Of a DNA stretch of 64,000 nucleotides, positions 11,887 through 21,268 are shown one piece after another. The position numbers and the translations under genes were made by a program. Below the pieces are notes generated by a model. The model was given only the letters and a program-made list of their open reading frames with translations, did not search any database and was not told the origin of the DNA. Every line of letters starts with the position of its first letter. Position 1 is the stretch's first letter. Source of the DNA: Candidatus Zhuqueibacterota bacterium (GTDB lineage: Bacteria > Zhuqueibacterota > Zhuqueibacteria > Zhuqueibacterales > Geothermadaptataceae); contig JAUZRQ010000040.1 in NCBI GenBank assembly GCA_030950365.1, positions 13,195 through 77,194 on the forward strand, in the 5' to 3' direction.

Positions 11887-12389
11887 TGAACGGATATTTT
11901 ATGGAATACGACTATGAGAGGAGTCAATTTGTGCAGGCGTTCGGTCAGAGTTTCTATATGGCCGGACACAAGGCATTGGGAGGACAGATTCTCGCGTTGC
12001 TACTATTGCACGATGATGGTGTAATTACGCTGGATGAAATCAAACAGCGATTGCACGTCAGCAAAGGTCCGGTGAGCCAGGTCGTGCGTGAACTGTGTGA
12101 TCAGGGACTGCTGCAAAAAACCTGGAACAACGGTAGTCGGCGGTTGTATTTCCGGCTGACCCCAAACGCATGGTCGCAATCGATTCGTTTGCTGCTCCAG
12201 CCTCTGCAAAACCGGCTCAATAGCATCCAGGAGCTTACCCAAAAGTTGCCATTGGATAAATTCGGAAATCATCCCAAAAACCAACTCGCCCGGCTGCTGG
12301 AGGTTTATAAAACGTTTACCGTTCAGGCCGAACGGCTGCTGAGGCAAACCGAACAGGCGGAGCAACGCCACATAACGAGTGGCGGTTAA
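11886..12389 (+). CDS. GbsR/MarR-like winged-helix transcriptional regulator
   Basis: ORF track starts at a TTG (11859); I prefer the ATG at 11886. wHTH region ITLDEIKQRLHVSKGPVSQVVRELCDQGLLQKTWNNGSRRLYFRL. Paralogous to the gene at 13365-13892. Confidence 0.7.
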   Translation: MNGYFMEYDYERSQFVQAFGQSFYMAGHKALGGQILALLLLHDDGVITLDEIKQRLHVSKGPVSQVVRELCDQGLLQKTWNNGSRRLYFRLTPNAWSQSIRLLLQPLQNRLNSIQELTQKLPLDKFGNHPKNQLARLLEVYKTFTVQAERLLRQTEQAEQRHITSGG

Positions 12390-12398
12390 TTTTAAAAC

Positions 12399-13307
12399 AT
12401 GTATTCTTGCTTTTGTGGAGAAAAACGATTCATGATTATTTTGAAGCGAACCGGCTGGCTAGTCTGGATGGCCGTGGTCGTTGTCGCGTGCACAGGGAGT
12501 CGAGTTATGTACAAAAACACCGGCTTTGTGGAAGCCAACGGAGTGCGTCTGTATTACGAACAAATCGGTCAGGGACCGCACCTGGTGCTCATTGAAGGCC
12601 TGGGGGTGGCTACCTGGCTGTGGGAGAAGCAGGTGCCGGAGTTGTCCCGGCATTTCCGCCTGCTGATTTACGATAACCGGGGCGTTGGGCGTTCAGACAA
12701 GCCGGGCGGGCCGTACAGCATTGCCATGCTGGCCGATGACCTCAAGGCACTGCTCGATTCGTTGGATATCCGCAAGACGTATGTGCTGGGCGTGTCCATG
12801 GGCGGGTTCATTGCGCTGGATTTTGCTTACCGGTATCCGGAGTATGTTGATCGATTGGTGCTGGTGAGTACCAGCGCCGGCGGTCCGGATCACGTGCCGA
12901 TGAGCCAGGACGTGCTGCAGGAGATGCTCGCCACCGACGGCACTCCCGAGGAGCTGGTCCGGCGCAAACTGGCGCTGGCCTTTTCGGAGGACTTTATGCG
13001 CCGTCCGGAATTTGACCATCAGGTGCAGGTGCGGCTGCAGAATCCACAGCCGCCGGAGGCGTTCATGGCGCAGGTTGCCGCTGGGGCGTCGTTCAATCTC
13101 TCGGAAGAAGTGAAGGCGATTCGCATCCCGGCGCTGGTAATGGCCGCCACGGGAGACCGGGTGGTGCCAGTGCAAAATGCGCATAACCTGGCGGCCAAGC
13201 TGCCGAACAGTCAGCTAAAAATTTACGACGGTTATGGTCACCAGTTTTTTGTGGAAATTCCGCAGGTATTTAACCGAGATGTTATTGAATTTTTGCAACA
13301 CAAGTAA
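12399..13307 (+). CDS. exported alpha/beta hydrolase (lipoprotein-like)
   Basis: Probable start Met12 at 12432 (MIILKRTGWLVWMAVVVVACTG, signal peptide plus Cys). NRGVGRSDKP, nucleophile elbow GVSMGGF, C-terminal GYGHQFF. Paralogous to the gene at 17386-18291. Confidence 0.8.
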   Translation: MYSCFCGEKRFMIILKRTGWLVWMAVVVVACTGSRVMYKNTGFVEANGVRLYYEQIGQGPHLVLIEGLGVATWLWEKQVPELSRHFRLLIYDNRGVGRSDKPGGPYSIAMLADDLKALLDSLDIRKTYVLGVSMGGFIALDFAYRYPEYVDRLVLVSTSAGGPDHVPMSQDVLQEMLATDGTPEELVRRKLALAFSEDFMRRPEFDHQVQVRLQNPQPPEAFMAQVAAGASFNLSEEVKAIRIPALVMAATGDRVVPVQNAHNLAAKLPNSQLKIYDGYGHQFFVEIPQVFNRDVIEFLQHK

Positions 13308-13364
13308 TCCCCGTGCATGCCGGCACGGTCACGAGAACAGGGAATCCGGAAAGGTGTCCATCTC

Positions 13365-13892
13365 ATGGATCGGTTAGTAGATGCCATTGTCGAAGATTTT
13401 GGTAATGGTTATGCAAGCTTCGGGCATAGCGAGCTCATGGGCCGCGTTGTCGGTCTGCTGCTTTGCGCGCACCGTCCAATGACTCTGGAAGACATCAGTC
13501 ATGAGCTACACGTGAGCAAGAGCCCGGTCAACCAGATTTGCAAACGGTTGGAGGAGCTGCAGCTCATCCGCAAGGCGTGGGTCAAGGGTGAACGCAAATT
13601 TCATTACCAAATCGTGGACAACGTGTTTTTGCAGGCAAGCATCAATCTGTCGCGGCTGAATGAGGGCAATTTGCAGATTGCCGAGCGCCATCTGGCCACG
13701 GTGGCCCGACGGCTTCAAGAGGCTGAGGGCGAGGAAAAGGAACGGTTGCGTCTGATCTGCAAGCGGTTCATCGAGATGCGAGAGTTTTACCATCACTTGC
13801 TGCGTTCGTATCGCAATTTCATCGAGGAGTGGCAGGTAGCGCGCAACCAGCTGCCGGATGTGGACACGTACCTGAAGCAATACCGGCTCTGA
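13365..13892 (+). CDS. GbsR/MarR-like winged-helix transcriptional regulator (paralog)
   Basis: ORF 13317.. trimmed to MDRLVDAIVEDFG. wHTH region MTLEDISHELHVSKSPVNQICKRLEELQLIRKAWVKGERKFHYQI. Confidence 0.7.
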   Translation: MDRLVDAIVEDFGNGYASFGHSELMGRVVGLLLCAHRPMTLEDISHELHVSKSPVNQICKRLEELQLIRKAWVKGERKFHYQIVDNVFLQASINLSRLNEGNLQIAERHLATVARRLQEAEGEEKERLRLICKRFIEMREFYHHLLRSYRNFIEEWQVARNQLPDVDTYLKQYRL

Positions 13893-14038
13893 TGGGCAGA
13901 GGGCAGTCAACCTCGCATGGGCATTGGGGATACCCCTGCTGGGAGTGGGAGGTTGGAAACATACGGGAGAAATATCGCCAGTCGCATAAACCGCCTGGCT
14001 GGCGCTAGATCACTTCATTTAAACTGCGGGAGGTTCCT

Positions 14039-16474
14039 ATGAGGTTCTTATTCAAACGATTCTGTCAGTGGGGGACTGGTCTGGTGCTGACCATGCTCGG
14101 TTTGGGCATAAATGTTTTGCCTGCCCTGGGGCAGACCGGCACCATTAGTGGCACCGTGAAAGCCAATGATACCGGGGAACCACTGATTGGGGCTAATGTA
14201 GTCATCGTCAACACCTCGCTCGGCAGCGCTACCAATACCAATGGACAATTTGAAATACAGCAAGTGCCACCCGGCCAGTACACCGTAAAGGCGGTCTTCA
14301 TCGGCTATCACAGCATGATTCAGGAAGTGCGCCTCAATGCCGGCGAAACCGTGACCGTGAATTTCGATCTCGAGCCGTCCACGGTGATGGGCGAGGAGAT
14401 CGTGGTCAGCGCCTCGCGGCGGGTCGAGAAACTGACCGAGGCCCCGGCCACGATCATGGTCGTCAATGCGGATGAGATTGCGCGCACCACGGCCTTTACA
14501 TACGGCGATGCACTGGTGAAAGCCAAAGGCGTGGATATCTACCGCACCGGCATCGATGGCGTGGGCATCAACGCACGCGGCTTTATGACGGCGTACAGCT
14601 ACCGCATGCAGCTCATGGCAGACGGCAAAAATGCCATGCTCCCGGGGGCCGGATTGGCTGCCGGCAACATTTTGCCGGTTCCAAAAGAAGACATCGCGCG
14701 CATCGAAACCATTCTTGGGCCGGCCTCGGCGCTGTATGGTCCCAATGCTCACAACGGTTTGGTCAACGTAGTCACCAAGCATCCGCGTGATTATCCGGGA
14801 ACCACCATTGCCTTTGGCGGCGGCCAAAACGCCATTTTAACCGGCCGTTTGCGTCATGCGCAGATTGTGAACGACAAACTGGCATTCAAGGTCAATGCTG
14901 AATATCTGAAAGGTCAGAACTGGACCAAGAATGATACGGTTGGGTATGACAACTCTGGCAAGGCTTATCTCGAAAATCCGGACCACGGTATTTTGAATTT
15001 TCGTACCCTGGCGGCGCTATATTATAACTTCACTCCAGAAATTGAACTCATGATTGAGGGCGGCTATAGTGTCACCAATTCGATCGGCACGACGAATGTG
15101 GGCCGGAATCAGATTCTGGGGTGGAAGTACGATTACGAGACCATCCGTCTATCCTCGCCGCATTTCTTTATTCAATTTTACCGCACCGGCAACGACGCCG
15201 GCCGGACGCACGCCATCGGTAACAAGGTGGCCATGCTTATTGCCATGGCCAATGCCGGTGTGTCCATGACGGAAGACGAAGCTATTGATAAGGTTAAATA
15301 TATCGACAAGTCCAAGCGCTATGATTTCGAGGCCCAGTACAATACCGAGCTCGCCGGTTTCAGGCTGATCGCCGGATTCAACTACGAAGACAACCGGCCG
15401 GTGAGCAATGGCACCTATCTGTCGGACACCACGGGCAATGAGCTGAAAATCCGTCAGGCCGGGTTTTACGGTCAGGTAGAGCGTGATCTGGGCGAGCGCC
15501 TGAAGCTGGTGCTGGCCGGCCGCTACGACACGCACGATAATTACAAATCGCAATTCAGTCCGCGGGCGGCGGTAGTATTCAAAGTGCCGGGCTATGGCAA
15601 TCTGCGCGTGACCTACAACCGTGCCTTCCAGGCGCCGGCGATTTTGCAGCAGGAACTGTATCTTGGCTTTGGCATGCTGCCCGGCGGCATTCCAGTGCGG
15701 TTGCGTGGCAATGGCCACGGATTCACGCTTTCCGACGGCACCGTCATCGACCCGCTGGAGCCGGAAGTCAACGAAACGTTTGAAATCGGCTACAAAGGCC
15801 TGCTCACCAAAAAGTTGTTCATTGACGTGAACGCTTATCGCAGCAAATACCAGAATTTCATCAGTCCGCTGACGGCCATCACCTCGTTTGCGGATCCGGC
15901 CAATCCAGTATTTCCGGTGAAGCAGGGCGATGTGGCCATTCCGTTCGAATACGTGCTCACCTATCGCAACTTCGGCCGGGTGAACATCAACGGCCTCGAA
16001 CTCGGCGTGAGCTACCAGATCGATCCACGCGTGAATGTGTGGTTCAATTATTCTTACATCAATCCGGTCGATCTCGAAGATCCGGAAAACGATTTCAACA
16101 AAGACGGCAAATTTGAGGAGCTGTCGTTTAATACACCGCAAAACAAGTTTAACTTCGGCGCCGGATTTGCCAATCTGCTCGGCCGGGGCACCTACCTGTC
16201 CATTGCCGTGCGCCGGGTGGATGAGTACGATTTCATCTCCGGTCGGCATCGCGCCACCAAAGCGGGCAAAGGAACCGGTAGTTTCAATTTCAAAGACGAG
16301 GGACCGCTAGGCGGCTTCACCACCGTGGATCTGGGCTTTTCCTATCAATTCAATCCGAAGGCACAGTTGAATATTTCGGCGACGAATATTTTTGACACGC
16401 CGTTGCGGGAGATGGTGGCCTCGCCGGCCACGCGGCGCCTGATCACCGCCGAAGTGCGCTATCAAGTGCAATAA
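14039..16474 (+). CDS. TonB-dependent receptor with N-terminal carboxypeptidase-regulatory-like domain
   Basis: Signal peptide. GTISGTVKANDTGEPLIGANVVIVNTSLGSATNTNGQFEIQQVPPGQYTVKAVFIGYHS is CarboxypepD_reg-like. Also a plug region (IVVSASRRVEKLTEAPATIMVV), a long beta-barrel, and a C-terminal aromatic-rich end. Confidence 0.9.
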   Translation: MRFLFKRFCQWGTGLVLTMLGLGINVLPALGQTGTISGTVKANDTGEPLIGANVVIVNTSLGSATNTNGQFEIQQVPPGQYTVKAVFIGYHSMIQEVRLNAGETVTVNFDLEPSTVMGEEIVVSASRRVEKLTEAPATIMVVNADEIARTTAFTYGDALVKAKGVDIYRTGIDGVGINARGFMTAYSYRMQLMADGKNAMLPGAGLAAGNILPVPKEDIARIETILGPASALYGPNAHNGLVNVVTKHPRDYPGTTIAFGGGQNAILTGRLRHAQIVNDKLAFKVNAEYLKGQNWTKNDTVGYDNSGKAYLENPDHGILNFRTLAALYYNFTPEIELMIEGGYSVTNSIGTTNVGRNQILGWKYDYETIRLSSPHFFIQFYRTGNDAGRTHAIGNKVAMLIAMANAGVSMTEDEAIDKVKYIDKSKRYDFEAQYNTELAGFRLIAGFNYEDNRPVSNGTYLSDTTGNELKIRQAGFYGQVERDLGERLKLVLAGRYDTHDNYKSQFSPRAAVVFKVPGYGNLRVTYNRAFQAPAILQQELYLGFGMLPGGIPVRLRGNGHGFTLSDGTVIDPLEPEVNETFEIGYKGLLTKKLFIDVNAYRSKYQNFISPLTAITSFADPANPVFPVKQGDVAIPFEYVLTYRNFGRVNINGLELGVSYQIDPRVNVWFNYSYINPVDLEDPENDFNKDGKFEELSFNTPQNKFNFGAGFANLLGRGTYLSIAVRRVDEYDFISGRHRATKAGKGTGSFNFKDEGPLGGFTTVDLGFSYQFNPKAQLNISATNIFDTPLREMVASPATRRLITAEVRYQVQ

Positions 16475-16478
16475 GCAC

Positions 16479-16515
16479 AAAGGCGTCCGGTTTTCTACCG
16501 GGCGCCTTGGTTTTT
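16479..16515 (+). terminator. rho-independent terminator after the TonB-dependent receptor gene
   Basis: AAAGGCGTCCGG-ttttcta-CCGGGCGCCTT (one G-U pair) followed by GGTTTTT. Confidence 0.7.
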
Positions 16516-16664
16516 AGATCCGGCGCGAGTGGAGCTAAGACGCTGTAGCCGCCGCTGCATACGACGGGCGAAATCTGACGGAAATCGTATGATATGCGCA
16601 TCCCACAGTGGGGTGCGATTATTGAACAATTGGATGAAAAAAATTGAAATCACAGGAATTAACC

Positions 16665-17405
16665 ATGCGTTTGCAGGGAAAAATAGCCATTGTGACCGGC
16701 GGCGCGCGGGGCATCGGACGGGAAACCTGCCTGACGTTTGCCCGTGAAGGCGCCCGCGTGGTCATTGCGGATCTGGATTCGGAAAACGGCGAAGCTCTCG
16801 TCGAAGAAATCAACCAGCAGGGCAATGCGCTGTTCGTAAGAACCGACATCACCCGGCCGGAACAGGTGGATGCGCTGATGCAGGCGACCCTCGATCGCTT
16901 CGGACGGCTGGATATTCTGGTCAACAATGCCGGCATTACCGCGGATGCCCGGCTGGTGAAAATGGACCTGGAGCAGTGGCAGCGTGTCATTGATGTGAAT
17001 TTGAAGGGAGTGTTTCTGTGCGGTCAGGCGGCGGCGCGCATCATGGAGCAGCAGGGCGAAGGCGGCGTGATTCTGAACGCCGCCTCTATCGTGGCGCTGT
17101 ACGGCAATTTCGGCCAGAGCAACTACGTCGCCACCAAGGCCGGGGTGATTGGCATGACCAGAACCTGGGCGCGCGAGCTGGGCCGCAGCCAGATCCGTGT
17201 CAATGCCGTGGCCCCGGGGTTCATTGCCACCGAGATGATTCAGACCATTCCCGAAAAGGTCATCGCCATGGTGAAAGAAAAAACGCCGCTGGGCCGCATG
17301 GGCGAGCCGAAGGATGTGGCCAATGCCTATCTTTTTCTAGCCTCCGACGAGGCGCGTTTTATCACTGGCGCCGTGTTGTCCGTGGATGGCGGGCTGGTAT
17401 TTTAG
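16665..17405 (+). CDS. classical short-chain dehydrogenase/reductase (FabG-like 3-oxoacyl reductase family)
   Basis: ORF 16644.. trimmed to MRLQGKIAIVTGGARGIG (TGxxxGxG). Also NNAG, the SNYVATKAG (YxxxK) region, and PGFIAT. Confidence 0.85.
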   Translation: MRLQGKIAIVTGGARGIGRETCLTFAREGARVVIADLDSENGEALVEEINQQGNALFVRTDITRPEQVDALMQATLDRFGRLDILVNNAGITADARLVKMDLEQWQRVIDVNLKGVFLCGQAAARIMEQQGEGGVILNAASIVALYGNFGQSNYVATKAGVIGMTRTWARELGRSQIRVNAVAPGFIATEMIQTIPEKVIAMVKEKTPLGRMGEPKDVANAYLFLASDEARFITGAVLSVDGGLVF

Positions 17406-18291
17406 CCGTAAGTTTAAAACACAATCATTTGTCGATTGGAGCAGTGGATTGGAAAAGCGAATTCGTGTCAACGGTATCGAGCTACATGTGGAAGCAGAGG
17501 GAAGGGGTGAGCCGTTGCTGTGTATCCCCGGGCTGGGCGCTGGGAATTGGTTGTGGCACTGGAACCGCGCCGCGCTGACGCGGCATTTTCGCTGCATTTT
17601 CCCCGAGCTGCGCGGCAGCGGGCGTTCGGACAAACCGGACGAGCGCTATACGATCTCCTTGTTTGCGCACGATATGAAGGCCCTCATGGATGCGCTCGGC
17701 GTCGAACAGGCGCATGTGCTGGCGGCGTCCATGGGCGGCTTTGTGGCGCAGTACATGGCGGCCAACTGGCCCGATCGCGTGGGCAAGCTGGTGCTGGCCA
17801 GCACCTCGCTGGGCGGGCAGGTGCAGGAAGGCCCCACCGGCGACGTGCTCAGCCGGCTGATCCGGCCTCGCGGCAAAACCAAAAAGGACCGGCTCGAGGA
17901 TGCTTACCCGTTGAATTTCAGTCGCGAATTTTGCCAGCGGCAGCGCCCGGTGCTGGATTTCATCACCGAGTGGCGCGTGCGGCTGCCGCAGCCGGAGTAT
18001 GCGTATTACCGGCAGCTTCTGGCCGGCAACGCCTTCGACGGCCGGCATCTGGCGCGCAAAATCAAAGCGCCAACCCTCATTTGCGCTGGTAGAGACGATC
18101 CGACGGTGCCGCTGGTAAATGCGCAGACACTCAAAAATTATATCCCGCAATCCCGTTTGCTGGTGTTCGAAGGCAAGCATCTGTTTTTTGTTGAACATGC
18201 GGATGCCTTCAACGAGGCCGTGCTGGCGTTTCTGCTGCAGGACCGCACTCCTCAGCCCGAGAAAATCGCGGCCGAAAAAGCGGTATCCTAA
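17386..18291 (+). CDS. alpha/beta hydrolase (cytoplasmic paralog of 12399-13307)
   Basis: VNGIELHVEAEGRGEPLLCIPGLGAGNWLW, LRGSGRSDKP, nucleophile elbow AASMGGF, C-terminal GKHLFFVEH. The ATG at 17386 overlaps the SDR gene by 20 nt. A TTG at 17449 is an alternative start. Confidence 0.8.
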   Translation: MAGWYFSRKFKTQSFVDWSSGLEKRIRVNGIELHVEAEGRGEPLLCIPGLGAGNWLWHWNRAALTRHFRCIFPELRGSGRSDKPDERYTISLFAHDMKALMDALGVEQAHVLAASMGGFVAQYMAANWPDRVGKLVLASTSLGGQVQEGPTGDVLSRLIRPRGKTKKDRLEDAYPLNFSREFCQRQRPVLDFITEWRVRLPQPEYAYYRQLLAGNAFDGRHLARKIKAPTLICAGRDDPTVPLVNAQTLKNYIPQSRLLVFEGKHLFFVEHADAFNEAVLAFLLQDRTPQPEKIAAEKAVS

Positions 18292-18356
18292 CCATTGGTC
18301 GGACTCTCTGTCCAGCCAGAATGGAGTAAACAGCGGATCGTGAACGAAAATGAACC

Positions 18357-19886
18357 ATGTATGTGGGTGACTATCTCGCGCGGCGGTGTTTGTATTCGCC
18401 GAACAAACTCGCGCTGGTGGATGCCACCCAGTCCCCGCCGCGCCGGCTGACCTACGCCGAGCTGAACGAGCGGGCCAACCGGCTCGCCAATGCGCTGCAG
18501 GCGCGCGGCATCCGCAAAGGCGATCGCGTGGGCATGTTGGCCTACGATGGCCTGCATGTTTATGACCTGTTTTTCGCCTGCGGCAAACTCGGCGCGATCT
18601 TCGTGCCGTTCAACTGGCGATTGCACGCGCGCGAGCTGGAGCGGCTGATCGGCAAAACCGAGCCGGCGCTGCTGTTTTACGAGACCGAGCCGCCCATGCA
18701 GGACGTGGCCGAGGAGCTGCGCGACAAAACCAGCTCTGACTGGGTGCCACTTTCGGCAGACGATGGCGATTCGCTGCGGCGCTGGCTGGACTCCGCCACG
18801 GAGGCGCCGGTAAGCTGCTACACGGTCACCGAGCTGGATACTGCCTGTTTGCTATTTACCGGCGGCACCACCGGTGAGCCCAAAGCCGCGCAAATCAGCC
18901 ACAGGCAGATCGTCTGGAATGCGTTCAACACCCACCTTGCCGATGTCCAGACCACCGACGTGTTCCTGAACATTTTTCCGATGTTTCACACCGGCGGTCT
19001 GTTCGCCTTCACCCTGCCGCTGCTGATCCTCGGCGGCACCATCGTGCAGCTCCGCCGGTTCGAGCCGGATTGGGTACTGGAGCTGATCGAACAGGAGCGC
19101 GTGACTCTGCTGGCCGGCGTGCCGACCATGTTTCAGGCGCTCACCGAATCGCCACGCTGGCCTGAGGCCGATCTCGGTTCGCTGCGGTATTGCCTGAGCG
19201 GCGGTGCGCCCATGCCGGTGCCGCTCATCCGCAAATACGCCAAAGAAAAAGGCGTGGTGTTCCGGCAGGGGTTCGGCATGACCGAATTCGGGCCGAGCGT
19301 GTTTTCGCTGTCCGCCGAGGATGCCGAACGCAAAGCGGGTTCAATCGGAATGCCCAACTTTTTTGTGGATGCGCGCGTGGTGGATGTGGACACCGGCCGG
19401 CCGCTACCACCGGGCGAGATCGGCGAGCTGGTGCTGCGCGGTCCCACGGCTACCACGGGATATTACAATGACCCCGAAGCCACTGCCCGGCTGTTCGACG
19501 TCGAGGGCTTTTTGCACACCGGCGACCTGGCCTATGTGGATGACGAGGGATATTTTTTTATTGTCGATCGCCTAAAGGACATGTTCATCAGCGGCGGTGA
19601 GAATGTTTACCCGGCCGAAATCGAAGCCGTGCTGTATCAGCACCCGGCGGTGGCGCGGTGCGCGGTGGTTAGCGTGCCCGATGAACGCTGGGGGCAGGTG
19701 GGCGTGGCGTTCGTAGTGCGCCGGACCGGCAAATCGGTAACGGAAGCCAAATTGCTAACGTTTTTGCGCGAGCACCTGGCGCGGTACAAAGTGCCAAAAC
19801 GGATCGTGTTTCGAGAGACGCTGCCGGTCTCCGGCGCCGGGAAGATTTTGAAAAAGGCGCTGCGGGAAGAGGCCCAACGGGTGTGA
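18357..19886 (+). CDS. AMP-dependent acyl-CoA synthetase/ligase (adenylate-forming family)
   Basis: LFTGGTTGEPKA, GFGMTE, TGDLAYVDDEGYFFIVDRLKDMFISGGENVYPAEIE, and PVSGAGKILKK near the C-terminus. Confidence 0.9.
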   Translation: MYVGDYLARRCLYSPNKLALVDATQSPPRRLTYAELNERANRLANALQARGIRKGDRVGMLAYDGLHVYDLFFACGKLGAIFVPFNWRLHARELERLIGKTEPALLFYETEPPMQDVAEELRDKTSSDWVPLSADDGDSLRRWLDSATEAPVSCYTVTELDTACLLFTGGTTGEPKAAQISHRQIVWNAFNTHLADVQTTDVFLNIFPMFHTGGLFAFTLPLLILGGTIVQLRRFEPDWVLELIEQERVTLLAGVPTMFQALTESPRWPEADLGSLRYCLSGGAPMPVPLIRKYAKEKGVVFRQGFGMTEFGPSVFSLSAEDAERKAGSIGMPNFFVDARVVDVDTGRPLPPGEIGELVLRGPTATTGYYNDPEATARLFDVEGFLHTGDLAYVDDEGYFFIVDRLKDMFISGGENVYPAEIEAVLYQHPAVARCAVVSVPDERWGQVGVAFVVRRTGKSVTEAKLLTFLREHLARYKVPKRIVFRETLPVSGAGKILKKALREEAQRV

Positions 19887-20176
19887 TGGGGCTTACGACA
19901 ATGGCCCAGAAGGTACAAAGGAAAAACTGACGATGGGGCGGCAATTATTCAGAATCGTGTGGTCATTCTTGATAAATATGGACATTGAAGTTGTTATTCG
20001 CGGACGAAGCAGGTTATTAAATCAAATTCGGGCATTTCAGAAACTCTTTTTCGTTCACTTTTGATAGCCAGAAGGCCAGCTCGCTGTACATACTGAATTT
20101 TTCTTGTTAATCCTTTTTTCTTGTGAATCCTGTCAAAAAGGAACAAGCAATCCATACAAATCAACATAAAAGCTGT

Positions 20177-21268
20177 ATGAAAAATCCAGAAGCCAATCAT
20201 CGGCCGCCCATTGGCATTGCCGGGCTGGGCTTTTATCTGCCGAAACAGGTGATGACCTCGGCAGACATTGCCCACGAGAGCGGCCTGCCCGAATGGGTGA
20301 TCCGCGAAAAATTTGGCATCAAGCAAAAATACATGGCCGGTCCGGATGAACACCCGAATCAGATGGCCGTGTGGGCCGTCGAAGCCTGTCTGCAGGAGGC
20401 CGGCATCGCACCGGATGAAATCGATGTGGTGCTGTGCACCACTGAGGAGTGGAAGGAGTACCTGCTCTGGACGGCCGGCATCGACCTGGCGCATCAGATC
20501 GGCGCGCGCCGGGCGTGGGCGCTGGATCTGCACATGCGCTGCTGCACCACCATCGCGGCCATGCAGCTTGCCCGCGACCTGATGTGGAGCAACGAGGACA
20601 TCCGCACCGTGCTCATCGCCGGTGGCTATTCGGTAGGCCATCGCATCAATCTGAAAAATCACCGCACCAGTTTCATGTTCAACATCGCCGCGGGAGCCGG
20701 CGCCATGCTGCTGCGCAAAGGCCACGCAGAAAACGTGCTGCTGGGCACTCACCTCATCACCGACGGTTCCATGAGCCGGCACGTCATCATCCCGGCCAGC
20801 GGCACGGTGGAGCACCCTACCGACGCGGCGGTGCGCGAGGGCCGGTTTTATTTCGATCTCGTCGAGCCCGAAGCAATGAAAGAGCGGCTGAACGCCGTTT
20901 CCATGCAGAACTGGCTGCGTTGCATTGATGAAGCGCTACGAAAAAGCGGCCCGGCACCGCACGGCCGCCCATACACCCGCGCCGATATCGATTACCTCAA
21001 CATGATCCTGGTCAAGCCTTCCGCCCACCGCGAGATGCTGAACCACCTGGGCCTGTGCGAGGAGCAATCGGTGTATCTTGATGAATTCGGGCACATCGGC
21101 GAGCAGGACAGCATCCTGTCGATGATCGAAGGCCGGCGCCGCGGCCGGCTCAAGCCCGGCGATCTCATGATCATGGTGGCGGCGGGCATCGGCTATGTGT
21201 GGGGCGCGGCCTGTGTACGCTGGGGGCCGGTGAATGCCAGTGCAGAACATCGGGAGGACGCGCCATGA
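20177..21268 (+). CDS. KAS III (FabH)-like thiolase-fold condensing enzyme, non-canonical active-site motifs
   Basis: ORF 20123.. trimmed to MKNPEANHRPPIGIAGLGFYLP. FabH-like N-terminus (GLGFYLPKQVMTSADI), candidate nucleophile in LHMRCCTTIAAM, C-terminal AAGIGYVWGAACVRW. The canonical HQAN and GNTS motifs appear replaced by KPSAH and GHIGEQDS. Confidence 0.75.
   Translation: MKNPEANHRPPIGIAGLGFYLPKQVMTSADIAHESGLPEWVIREKFGIKQKYMAGPDEHPNQMAVWAVEACLQEAGIAPDEIDVVLCTTEEWKEYLLWTAGIDLAHQIGARRAWALDLHMRCCTTIAAMQLARDLMWSNEDIRTVLIAGGYSVGHRINLKNHRTSFMFNIAAGAGAMLLRKGHAENVLLGTHLITDGSMSRHVIIPASGTVEHPTDAAVREGRFYFDLVEPEAMKERLNAVSMQNWLRCIDEALRKSGPAPHGRPYTRADIDYLNMILVKPSAHREMLNHLGLCEEQSVYLDEFGHIGEQDSILSMIEGRRRGRLKPGDLMIMVAAGIGYVWGAACVRWGPVNASAEHREDAP

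Noticed and set aside
13311-13328. Hairpin CCGTGC-ATGCCG-GCACGG after the exported hydrolase gene as a terminator
   Set aside because: The stem is only 6 bp with no U-tract, and the next gene starts 37 nt later, so read-through is more likely.
15149-16249. 366-aa minus-strand ORF
   Set aside because: It lies antisense to the TonB-dependent receptor barrel, and its composition is typical of shadow ORFs.
19994-20815. 273-aa minus-strand ORF overlapping the KAS III-like gene
   Set aside because: The plus-strand frame gives a full-length thiolase-fold protein. The minus-strand product has no recognisable features.
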